NCBI GenBank assembly: GCA_963806185.1
Contig: CAWDXE010000007.1
Location: forward strand, 800,001 to 864,000
DNA length: 64,000 nt
Direction: 5' to 3'
DNA from: an uncultured candidate division Zixibacteria bacterium
Lineage (GTDB): Bacteria; Zixibacteria; MSB-5A5; GN15; FEB-12
This document shows positions 40,645 to 49,148 of the stretch, piece by piece. The translations under genes were made by a program, and so were the position numbers. Each line of letters begins with the position of its first letter. The first letter of the stretch is position 1. The notes under the pieces were generated by a model. That model had not been told where the DNA came from. It ran no database searches and worked only from the letters and a program-made list of their open reading frames with translations.

Positions 40645-41187
40645 TTACACCACACTGGTGAGTTGTCGACGACAGATATCACAGAACTTGTCCGTCTTGG
40701 AATCGATATCAAGCATGATCTGGCTGTAGTAATTCACACACTTCGGATTTCGACATTCGGTCATATCAAACAGGTGCGCCAGCTGGTGAACTACTTCTTT
40801 GAAAAGGCGCGGATATACTTTGCTCTCATCCTCCGGCAGTCCGTAAAACTCCTGCCGAATATGATACAGCGAAATGATCGCCGTCCCCGACAGCCGGTCG
40901 CTGAGACTCATAATGTACGGCTCATCCGGCATATACAGGTCCTCTTCACAGATGGCCACTACCTTCTCGCGGCTGTTCGCCTTCGTCCGTTCGATCTTGG
41001 CCAGGATTACCTGCGCGTAGTGCTGATTGCGGACAACATTGTACGCCTCGGTCGGCATCTTCATCCCCTTGAGAATGTCCACCGACCGATTAAACACCGG
41101 ACCTATATTTGACGCGAGCTTGTTGACCAGCATAAAGTCAACTTCGCCCATGGGAACAACGACAACTTTCGATTTCACTATCGACAC
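40645..41187 (-). CDS. Archaemetzincin (M54)-like protein with degenerate catalytic motif
   Basis: AYNVVRNQH.A, DLY, RLFKEVVHQLAHLFDMTECRNPKCVNYYS...IDSK...FCDIC. Confidence 0.75.
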   Translation of the reverse strand: MSIVKSKVVVVPMGEVDFMLVNKLASNIGPVFNRSVDILKGMKMPTEAYNVVRNQHYAQVILAKIERTKANSREKVVAICEEDLYMPDEPYIMSLSDRLSGTAIISLYHIRQEFYGLPEDESKVYPRLFKEVVHQLAHLFDMTECRNPKCVNYYSQIMLDIDSKTDKFCDICRRQLTSVV

Positions 41188-41205
41188 CTCGTCAGCCCCC
41201 GCGCT

Positions 41206-41397
41206 TCACTCGGCCGTGAAGAATCGCGACGACGAACCGGTAGGCGAGACCTTGACCTCGACCTTGGCAGCACATTTCGGACACCACCCCACAAACGCCG
41301 TACCGGCCGCATTCAGGTATATCCGCGAATAGACCTTGCAGCAAGCGAAACTTACGCCGATAAACGGCCGCTTCGTCGGGGCAGGCTCCTCTTTCAT
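41206..41397 (-). CDS. Small Cys-rich (putative Zn-binding) hypothetical protein
   Basis: RPFIGVSFACCKVYSRIYLN...GWCPKC...SSRFF. Confidence 0.7.
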   Translation of the reverse strand: MKEEPAPTKRPFIGVSFACCKVYSRIYLNAAGTAFVGWCPKCAAKVEVKVSPTGSSSRFFTAE

Positions 41398-41473
41398 TCC
41401 CTCACCAATATACGCATTTCGCCCGTCCGGCAAGGTTCAAATTACTCCCCATAATCTGCCTCTTTCGGCACCG

Positions 41474-42148
41474 TCAACCACCTTTGACCGCAAGCAGTTC
41501 CGCCATAATACGGACCGATGCCGAGCTTCCGATTCGGCTCGCACCGGCAAAAATCATTGCCTTTGCTTCCGCCAACGTCCGAATCCCCCCGGCCGCCTTC
41601 ACCTCAATCCGCCCTGCGCTCAAACGCACGAGGCTCTGCACCTGCTCCACCGTCGCCGATCCAAACATACCCGTAGCTGTCTTCGCAAACTGTGCCCCAC
41701 CGGCAACGATACATTCCACTCCGGCCTTCACTTGATCTACAGTCAACTTATTCACTTCCAGGATGACCTTCAGTTTCACCTCCGTGGGGAGATTTCGACG
41801 AACTTTCCGAATTTCTGCAAGCACCGAATCGGTATCTCTACCGACCAGCCAGCCGACATTGACCACCATGTCGATCTCGTCCGCACCATCTTCGGCAGCC
41901 CCCGCCGCTTCGGCAACCTTAATGTCCGTCCGCGTTGCTCCCATGGGGAAACCGGCCACACTCACCACCAGGACCCCGGCCCCTTTCAACTGTTCCTTTG
42001 CCGGTCTCACCCACACCGGATTGACACAAACCCCCGCAAATCCAAACTGCCTCGCCTCCTCGCAGAGACGCGCTATCGCACTCGCGTCCGCCTCTTGCGC
42101 CAATAGCGTGTGCTCAATCCGTCGCGGCAGCTCTGTTTCGCCAATCAA
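41474..42148 (-). CDS. deoC: Deoxyribose-phosphate aldolase
   Basis: IEHTLL, VCVNP, VAGFPMG, GADEIDMV, KVILE, FAKTATG, VKAAGGIR, RIGSS. Confidence 0.93.
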   Translation of the reverse strand: MIGETELPRRIEHTLLAQEADASAIARLCEEARQFGFAGVCVNPVWVRPAKEQLKGAGVLVVSVAGFPMGATRTDIKVAEAAGAAEDGADEIDMVVNVGWLVGRDTDSVLAEIRKVRRNLPTEVKLKVILEVNKLTVDQVKAGVECIVAGGAQFAKTATGMFGSATVEQVQSLVRLSAGRIEVKAAGGIRTLAEAKAMIFAGASRIGSSASVRIMAELLAVKGG

Positions 42149-42154
42149 GCTCGT

Positions 42155-43337
42155 TCATTTCTTTAGCATTTCTGCGAAGCTCTTGCCGGGAAAGTTCGCC
42201 TTCACCTCCAGCAACTCACCCAGTGTCGACGCCAGATCGGCAAAACTCGGCCTTGTTCCGACATTTACACCCTTTGCGATTCGCTCCCCATACATCAGTA
42301 CCGGTACATATTCGCGCGAATGATCGGTCGACGTCTTGATCGTCGGGTCACACCCGTGATCGGCCGTGATGACCAGTATGTCATCTTCCGTCAATTGCGG
42401 TAGTACATCTCCCAACTGCCGGTCAAACGCCTCGAGCGACTTCGCGAAATTCACCTCGTCGTTGCGATGCCCCCACCATTGATCGAAATCAACACAATTG
42501 GCAAAGATCAACTGATGCTCACGATCGGTATCGATGGCGTCGCGTATCGCCGCCATGACTTCGTCATTATTGGCCGTCTTCAACTTTTTCGCGATCCCCC
42601 GCCCGGCAAACAGATCGTAGATCTTGCCGATCGCCAGCACCTTGTCACCCCGCCTGGTCAATTCATCCAGCAGCGTGGGGGAGGGGGGCACGCGCGAAAA
42701 ATCACGCCGCCCGTCGGTGCGCACAAACGATCCCGGCTCTCCGACAAACGGCCGCGCAATTACGCGCCCAACATCGTAGGGACCAACACACAGATCGCGC
42801 GCAGATTTGACAGATCCGATATAAACGCTCTCGGGAATACAATTTCTCATGCGCGGCCAACTGAAAGACCGAATCGGCCGAGGTATACAGGATCAGCGCG
42901 CCTGTGGCCAGATGTTCCGCCCCCAACCGCTCGATAATCTCCGTTCCACTGGCGGCACAGTTGCCGATTGTCTTGACTCCCGTCGCTCTCTCAAATCGGC
43001 TCACCAACTCCTGCGGAAAACCGTCGGGGAATACAGGGAAAGCCTCCGGTAGTATGACCCCCGCCATTTCCCAGTGCCCGGTTGTCGAATCCTTGCCGGG
43101 CGACTTCTCCGCCATCTTGCCGTACGCCCCTTCCGGTTGTTCTGCCGGCGCGACACCGGCTATCGGCACGATATTGCCCAGCCCCAGCCGCCGGCAATTG
43201 GGCATAGTCAATCCGCCGACCGCCGCGGCCACGTGGGGAATTGTCGATGAACCCACGTCGCCGTAGTTCGCCGCGTCCGGAAGCTCTCCGACACCACACG
43301 CATCGATGACAATAATAATGACTCGCGCCCTTTTCAT
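42155..43337 (-). CDS. deoB: Phosphopentomutase, split by one frameshift near 42804
   Basis: IVIDACGVGELPDA, GKDSTTGHWE, YTSADSVFQ in one frame; GRVIARPF, DFDQWWGHRND, TADHGCDP, TDHSREYVP in the next. Confidence 0.9.
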
Positions 43338-43377
43338 AGTCTGCCAATCTACTGCTTGAACTCGCTCCACGCCATCA

Positions 43378-43412
43378 CAAAACAAAAGCCCCGCGTGACG
43401 GCACGCGGGGCT
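43378..43412 (-). terminator. Intrinsic terminator after the 43433-44290 gene
   Basis: AGCCCCGCGTG / CACGCGGGGCT stem; minus strand continues TTTGTTTTT. Confidence 0.75.
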
Positions 43413-43432
43413 CAACGTACTATTCTCGAGGC

Positions 43433-44290
43433 CTATTTTCCGGGCGATTTTACATCGCGCAGAGCGTACGAAACTTCATAGTTTACCGCCACTGTGTAAT
43501 CCTGATTCTTGCCGTTCATGGTCCGCTGACGTTTTCCGTGCAGGTCCCACGTTTCTCTCTGCAGCACGACTATGCCCTGCTTGTAGGCAAAATACAATTT
43601 CCCCTGCATGTGGACCCGATCCACACCGCGCCGCTTCAGTGAGTCGGCCGGCGCCGCGTCCAGCGGCAATACCATGTTACCGTCATACGACACGACGGCG
43701 CAATCGTACCCCTGCTCCCGCACGAATGATTCTATCTTGAAAGTCGTCGATGCATCGATCGGCCCTTCGTCGAGAATCACCTTCGTCGACTGCGTCCACG
43801 CGTACCCCAGCCCGATTTCTTCACTGGGGAATACCGGCATCCCCTGCTCATAGAAATTCTTGAGGTACGACACGTTCATATCCTCCGTGCCGGTGACAAA
43901 CTGAAGATCCAGCACCTTTCCATTGGGAGCGATATACATGATCAGCTCGCGCCCCGGCTCCGTGCTGTCGATTCTTGACGAGTCGATTCTGTTAAACGAC
44001 TTGAACCGAAACTGGCTCTTTTCCGTGACTTCGCCCACTGAATCGTCGACTATCCGCCGAACTTCAGTCTCGACTGTGGCGGTAATCTCATTCACCCGAT
44101 CGCTGATCAGGGAATCACCGCGGGCTCCCTTGGCCATCGCCTTGGAAGTCCCTTTAGTGACCTGCTCGTAGACGAGATGCTGGCCGGTTTCAAATTTGTA
44201 CTGAATCCTGACTGATTTCCCGCCCTGATTGCAGCCCAGGCCGAGCAAAATCAGAAGGGGCAGGAGTGAGGTTCTTATGATTCGATTCAT
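43433..44290 (-). CDS. Hypothetical beta-rich lipoprotein, third gene of the ECF operon
   Basis: Lipobox LGLGC; YKFETGQ, FPSEEIGLGYAW, GKLYF. Confidence 0.7.
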   Translation of the reverse strand: MNRIIRTSLLPLLILLGLGCNQGGKSVRIQYKFETGQHLVYEQVTKGTSKAMAKGARGDSLISDRVNEITATVETEVRRIVDDSVGEVTEKSQFRFKSFNRIDSSRIDSTEPGRELIMYIAPNGKVLDLQFVTGTEDMNVSYLKNFYEQGMPVFPSEEIGLGYAWTQSTKVILDEGPIDASTTFKIESFVREQGYDCAVVSYDGNMVLPLDAAPADSLKRRGVDRVHMQGKLYFAYKQGIVVLQRETWDLHGKRQRTMNGKNQDYTVAVNYEVSYALRDVKSPGK

Positions 44291-44320
44291 ACGTCTCCGT
44301 CTCGCAGGTGTTCGCGCTCC

Positions 44321-44887
44321 TCATTTAGCTAGGAGCAGACAGGCAAACTCGCCCATTCGTCCATGGACAGGCGGCCCGAGTAAACTCACGGCCCCGGCCA
44401 GTTTTGCCCGCTCCCTGGCTGTATATATCTCATCGGTCGGAATGGTTAACGGATTGATACTCGCCGCCACGAGAAACTCTTTGGTCGGCGTCTGAACGAC
44501 AAATGTTCCGTTGTGGCGCTGTGAGCCAAGCCAGATGGCGCCCAGCAGGACAACCAGCGAAAAGGCCACTGAGGCGACCGACCGCATCAGCGTCTGGCGA
44601 GCCTCGCGGGAGGCCGAGACCGGTACGCGTTGATAAACTGGTGACGGAGGAGCTTCCCCTTCCACCGTCCGCGCGAGAATGAGCCGGGATACTTCATCCC
44701 AGTACTCATCTCCCGGGTCCGGCCGGGAAAGTCCTTTGATCATGCTCTTGAGGATGGCCGATGATTCGACCTCAGCCCGGCATTCATCGCATTCCAGCAG
44801 GTGTGCCTTCAGCGACTCGGCGGTAGCCAGGTCAACCTCACTATCGACATAGTCCTCAAGAAGCGAATGGGTGTGGCGGCACGTCAT
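44321..44887 (-). CDS. Membrane-anchored zinc anti-sigma factor (zf-HC2, RsiW-like)
   Basis: MTC...LLEDYVDSEV...HLLECDEC followed by one TM helix. Confidence 0.85.
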   Translation of the reverse strand: MTCRHTHSLLEDYVDSEVDLATAESLKAHLLECDECRAEVESSAILKSMIKGLSRPDPGDEYWDEVSRLILARTVEGEAPPSPVYQRVPVSASREARQTLMRSVASVAFSLVVLLGAIWLGSQRHNGTFVVQTPTKEFLVAASINPLTIPTDEIYTARERAKLAGAVSLLGPPVHGRMGEFACLLLAK

Positions 44888-44889
44888 TC

Positions 44890-45465
44890 TTACCCCTTCC
44901 TGGATATCCGCTTCTGGAGAATCTTCTTTAACTTCGATCTGGCGATGTGCAAATTGGAGCGAACCGTCGCTTCCGGACACCCGAGGATCTGCGCAATCTC
45001 ACTCTTCGTGTACCCTTCAACGTCGTGCAGGATTGCCGTCAGTCTCTGGCGCGGGGGAAGAGTGCCCAGGGCTTTGGTTATCTCCGCCATCACCACCTTG
45101 TCTTCGAACAGCTCGCCCGGTGTCCGCACCTTGCGCGAAAGTTCAATCTGATCTTCCGTCGGCAATAGGCTCACATCATCGGTGACCCTGGCCCGACCCC
45201 GCTGCTTCCGCAGCAGATCGATTGAATAGTTCGTGGCTACCCGTATCAAAAACGAGGTGAAATTCTGTACGTTGGAAAGCTCCTTTCGTCGACGGTATAC
45301 CCGAACAAACGTCTCCTGGACCACTTCGTCCGCGTCCAGATGACTGCCCAGAATCTCAAAAGCCAGATAGTAGACCCGCTTCTGATACCGACTGACCAGT
45401 TCAGCAAATGCCGTGGCATCGCCCTGGATAAACCGTTCGACCAATTCGGGAATTGTCTCTGTCAT
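44890..45465 (-). CDS. ECF sigma-70 family sigma factor
   Basis: GDATAFAELVSRYQKRVY, DADEVVQETF, RVATNYSIDLLR, EIAQILGCPEATVRSNLHIAR. Confidence 0.93.
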   Translation of the reverse strand: MTETIPELVERFIQGDATAFAELVSRYQKRVYYLAFEILGSHLDADEVVQETFVRVYRRRKELSNVQNFTSFLIRVATNYSIDLLRKQRGRARVTDDVSLLPTEDQIELSRKVRTPGELFEDKVVMAEITKALGTLPPRQRLTAILHDVEGYTKSEIAQILGCPEATVRSNLHIARSKLKKILQKRISRKG

Positions 45466-45492
45466 ATCCCGGCGAGTCTATTGTCTTCATAA

Positions 45493-45520
45493 TAGACGCT
45501 CAAAGTCACGCCCCGTTTAA
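45493..45520 (-). promoter_or_regulatory. Putative autoregulatory ECF (SigW-like) promoter
   Basis: Minus strand TTAAAC-N16-CGTCTA, 27 nt upstream of the sigma start codon. Confidence 0.6.
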
Positions 45521-45535
45521 CATAAGAGAATCCTG

Positions 45536-45564
45536 TTGACCCCTGGCTCGACATACGGTATTAT
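45536..45564 (+). promoter_or_regulatory. Sigma70-type promoter of the MFS gene
   Basis: TTGACC-N17-TATTAT. Confidence 0.5.
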
Positions 45565-45621
45565 TGCCGCCGGTCAAAGTCAACGCTTTTTTCGGCAACG
45601 AGTTATGAGGATTGAACCCTG

Positions 45622-47025
45622 ATGGACCCCGAGATTGTGAAAGCCAACCGCTACAAGTTGTTCGCCGTCGGAGCCATCGGCACCCTCATGGCTACCCTCG
45701 ATGCTTCAATTCTCAACGTCGCCCTCCCGTCGATTTCCAACGATCTCCACGCCGATATTGACACTGTTGCCTGGGTCATTCTTTCCTACTCGTTGACGCT
45801 CATTTCTCTCATGATCGCCTTCGGCGCCTGGACCGAGCGACGCGGCTACAGCTTCGCCTACAAATTCGGCTACGGCTTCTTCCTGGTTGGCTCCGTCGTT
45901 TGTGCGCTCAGCCAGTCTATTCACCTCTTGATTTTGGGCCGAATAATCCAAGCCACCGGTACAGCCATGTTTGCCGCCATCGGCCCCGGCATGGTCACGC
46001 TCGTATTCCCCCGCGAAGAACGCGGAAAGGGGATAGGGCTGATGGTCATGATGGTCTCGGCCGGCTTTATGATCGGGCCACCCGTCGGCGGCCTGATGCT
46101 CGGCATCTGGCCTTGGCAATCGATCTTCATCGTCAATATCCCGATCGGACTCATTGGCATCTATCTGACCGTTAAGTATTTCAAGATTCTGCCCGTTCCG
46201 ACTGACCGCCGTCGGATACCTCTCGTGGCTGCCGCCCTTATCGCCGCTTGTCTGGTTTCCTTCGTTTTTGCCCTCAAGCTGATCAGTGACTATCCGCTGA
46301 GCGATCCTCGCGTCTGGGGCCTGGCCATCATCTCGGCCGTTTGTTTTGTTTTCTACGTACGCGAGGAAGCCATTCCCGAGCAGGCGATCATCGGCCTCGA
46401 CCTCTTCCGCAATCGACAGTTTACCGCCTCACTTCTCGCTCAGCTCATGCACTTCATCGCCACCACCGGCGTTCTTGTCCTCATTCCGTTCTATTTCGAA
46501 CAGGTGAGACACCTTGAACCCAAACAGGTGGGACTTTACCTTGTCATCATTCCCATATTCATGTTTATCTTTGCGCCGCTTTCCGGTCGCGTCTCCGACA
46601 AGATCGGTGTGCGCTTCCTGACAAGTCTTGGCATGCTGACGATGGCCGGCGGGCTGGTGCTCCTGTCGTTGCTGCAGTCCGATTCTTCGCTGGCCTATGT
46701 TGCCGTCGCACTTGGCGTCGTCGGCATGGGCAACGGCATCTTCAACACTCCCAATACCAGCGCGACAATGGGATCAGTGAGCGAATCAAGACGAGCCGTC
46801 GCTTCCGGGATTCTGGCTACGAATCGCAACATCGGCATGTCGTTCGGCGTCGCTTTGTCGACCGCTATGTTCAGCTACTTTGAACTGCGCAACGCCGGCT
46901 TGGGTGATGCCACAACCATCTTCCTATCTAGTTACCGTCCGGTCATTTATATCGCCGTCGGCGTCGCTCTGGTGGGCTTTCTGCTCTGTCTTATCCGGGA
47001 CAACCGCGTGAAACAATCTCATTGA
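45622..47025 (+). CDS. MFS drug:H+ antiporter (DHA2/EmrB-like)
   Basis: LDASILNVALPSI, GRIIQATG, GPPVGG, WQSIFIVNIPIG, DLFRNRQF, GRVSDKIG. Confidence 0.9.
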   Translation: MDPEIVKANRYKLFAVGAIGTLMATLDASILNVALPSISNDLHADIDTVAWVILSYSLTLISLMIAFGAWTERRGYSFAYKFGYGFFLVGSVVCALSQSIHLLILGRIIQATGTAMFAAIGPGMVTLVFPREERGKGIGLMVMMVSAGFMIGPPVGGLMLGIWPWQSIFIVNIPIGLIGIYLTVKYFKILPVPTDRRRIPLVAAALIAACLVSFVFALKLISDYPLSDPRVWGLAIISAVCFVFYVREEAIPEQAIIGLDLFRNRQFTASLLAQLMHFIATTGVLVLIPFYFEQVRHLEPKQVGLYLVIIPIFMFIFAPLSGRVSDKIGVRFLTSLGMLTMAGGLVLLSLLQSDSSLAYVAVALGVVGMGNGIFNTPNTSATMGSVSESRRAVASGILATNRNIGMSFGVALSTAMFSYFELRNAGLGDATTIFLSSYRPVIYIAVGVALVGFLLCLIRDNRVKQSH

Positions 47026-47050
47026 CAGGTCCACCCCTCAGCCGTATACT
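47022..47050 (+). promoter_or_regulatory. Sigma70 promoter of tRNA-Ala
   Basis: TTGACA-N17-TATACT. Confidence 0.7.
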
Positions 47051-47073
47051 GCCGTTCTCAAAAATCGACGATT

Positions 47074-47146
47074 GGGGCCTTAGCTCAGCTGGGAGAGCGC
47101 TTGACTGGCAGTCAAGAGGTCGCGAGTTCGATCCTCGCAGGCTCCA
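47074..47146 (+). tRNA. tRNA-Ala(GGC)
   Basis: GGGGCCT / AGGCTCC acceptor stem with G3:U70; CTTGA-CT-GGC-AG-TCAAG; GAGTTCGATCCTC; CCA not encoded. Confidence 0.97.
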
Positions 47147-47180
47147 CTTTTTTTGCCCCAAACTTAATCACCCATCGCAC

Positions 47181-47206
47181 GAAACCTTTGTCCGTGACGT
47201 CGCGTA
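47181..47206 (+). promoter_or_regulatory. Putative ECF (SigW-like) promoter upstream of the four-repeat protein
   Basis: GAAAC-N17-CGTA. Confidence 0.4.
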
Positions 47207-47264
47207 TTGGTAAATGTTTTACGTTAGCTAAATATTACGCCCGGAATCCCGAGGGAGAATAGGT

Positions 47265-48998
47265 ATGTCCTATTTGCGCGTATTCGTTATAGCCTCGGCG
47301 CTGATTGTCGTTCTCGTGATGACTTCCGCCGCCGAAACACTTGTTGATCTCAACGCACCAAAACGCCAGTCGCTGGCTTCGGCCGGCTTCGAGATCACCA
47401 AGCCGATGGAAGTTCAGATCGAAGCCGTTGGCCTGCGCTCAAAATGGCAAAACGACCTCTTCGCCTACGGCTGGGTGCTCAATTCGTCGACGCGCGAGCT
47501 CGTCTGGGTGATGCGAACCAACAACTCCGATCGCTCCGAATCCGGCAAACCGCTCCGCAAAGCCGAACACACCGAGACACTCCCCGCCGGCAAGTACGAA
47601 GTGTACATGTTTGTCGGTAACTACCCGTTTTATTTTGACGGTTCGAGCAACGGTGTCGTCGGTGTCATCCGCAATTGGGTGACCGGCGACGACGAACAAA
47701 GCGACAACCTCGAGCGGTACGTCCGCGACTGTTACATCCGCGTGACCGCTGCTGCCGCCTCGTCGGCCGACGTCAAACCGTTCGAGCCGACCGGCGAAAT
47801 CCCGAATTCGCTCATCCGGTGGACGCAGCTCGGCGACGAGGAATCACACGAGCAGGCCTTTCAAATTGATAAACCCATCACCTTGCGCGTTTATGCCCTT
47901 ACCGAACAACCCAAGGGGTATAATGCGCCCGCTGACGGCGGCTGGATTCTCAACGCCGAGACTCATGAACGCGTCTGGTCGATGAACCGTGTCGAAACTT
48001 TCTGGGCCGGCGGCGATCGCAAAAATCGTAAGTTCGACGATGAAATTCGCCTCAATCCGGGCAAATACATTCTTTATTACGCCACCGACGATTCGCATTC
48101 GTTTGAACACTTCAACGCCAACCCGCCGACCGATCCCCTCAACTGGGGGATAACTGTTCTCCCGGGACAGGGCTTTGATCGCGCCGCCTTCCATCTCCTG
48201 GACAAAATGGAAGGGCCCAAACCTCTTCTCGACATGACGAAAGCGGGTAATGACGAGAATCTGGAACAGCCGTTCCGCCTCTCGAAACAAACCAATCTGC
48301 GCATCTACGCGCTCGGCGAATACAACGGTGAGTTTTCCGATTATGGTTGGATTCAGGATGCCCGCACCAACAAGACCGTCTGGGAAATGACCCGCCGCAA
48401 CACCGAACCGGCTGGCGGCGCCGAAAAGAATCGCCAGTTCAATGGTGAAATCACCCTCCCGGCCGGCGATTACATGGCCTATTATTCGACCGACGCTTCC
48501 CACTCCTATCGCGACTGGAATGACTCCCGCCCTCTGGATCCCTCGGCCTGGGGACTGGCCATTTTCCCCGGCAAAGGATGCCAGCCGACAGACTTTCAGA
48601 TGGTAAACGCTCAGGACCTCGCCAAAACGGAGGGCGTTCTCGTTCGCCTTATCAAAGTGCGCGATGATGAGCGCCGCCGGGCTACTTTCAAACTGGACAA
48701 GACCGCCCGTGTCCACGTCTACTCATTGGGTGAAGGCACCAACGGTGATATGTACGACTACGGATGGATCGAGAACACTTCCACCGGCCGTACCGTATGG
48801 GAAATGACCTGGCGCAACACCGACCCGGCCGGGGGCGCCGACAAGAACCGGATGTTCGATGATGTCATCGTGCTCGAACCGGGAGAGTATGACGTGTTCT
48901 ACGTGACCGACGATTCTCACGCGTTCAACGACTGGAATGCCGGTAAGCCGCGCGACCCTTCAAACTGGGGTATCACGGTCTCGCTGGCCGAGAAATAG
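47265..48998 (+). CDS. Secreted protein with four tandem copies of an uncharacterised beta-rich domain
   Basis: Signal peptide; recurring GWI...VW.M...AGG..KNR.F...L..G.Y...Y.TD.SH...N...P.DP..WG. Confidence 0.8.
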   Translation: MSYLRVFVIASALIVVLVMTSAAETLVDLNAPKRQSLASAGFEITKPMEVQIEAVGLRSKWQNDLFAYGWVLNSSTRELVWVMRTNNSDRSESGKPLRKAEHTETLPAGKYEVYMFVGNYPFYFDGSSNGVVGVIRNWVTGDDEQSDNLERYVRDCYIRVTAAAASSADVKPFEPTGEIPNSLIRWTQLGDEESHEQAFQIDKPITLRVYALTEQPKGYNAPADGGWILNAETHERVWSMNRVETFWAGGDRKNRKFDDEIRLNPGKYILYYATDDSHSFEHFNANPPTDPLNWGITVLPGQGFDRAAFHLLDKMEGPKPLLDMTKAGNDENLEQPFRLSKQTNLRIYALGEYNGEFSDYGWIQDARTNKTVWEMTRRNTEPAGGAEKNRQFNGEITLPAGDYMAYYSTDASHSYRDWNDSRPLDPSAWGLAIFPGKGCQPTDFQMVNAQDLAKTEGVLVRLIKVRDDERRRATFKLDKTARVHVYSLGEGTNGDMYDYGWIENTSTGRTVWEMTWRNTDPAGGADKNRMFDDVIVLEPGEYDVFYVTDDSHAFNDWNAGKPRDPSNWGITVSLAEK

Positions 48999-49024
48999 CC
49001 GAATCTCTCCTTTCGGTTTCCAAA

Positions 49025-49063
49025 AGGGCGGGTGCGGATCATGTATGGTCCGCACCCGTTTTT
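49025..49063 (+). terminator. Intrinsic terminator
   Basis: GGGCGGGTGCGGATCA / TGGTCCGCACCCGTTT stem then T-tract. Confidence 0.75.
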
Positions 49064-49148
49064 GCTTCAGCGATCAACTTCTGTTCAAATCCCTTGCCGT
49101 CTCGTCCGGTTTCGGCTACACTATTGAGTATACGCGAAGGAGCGAATC

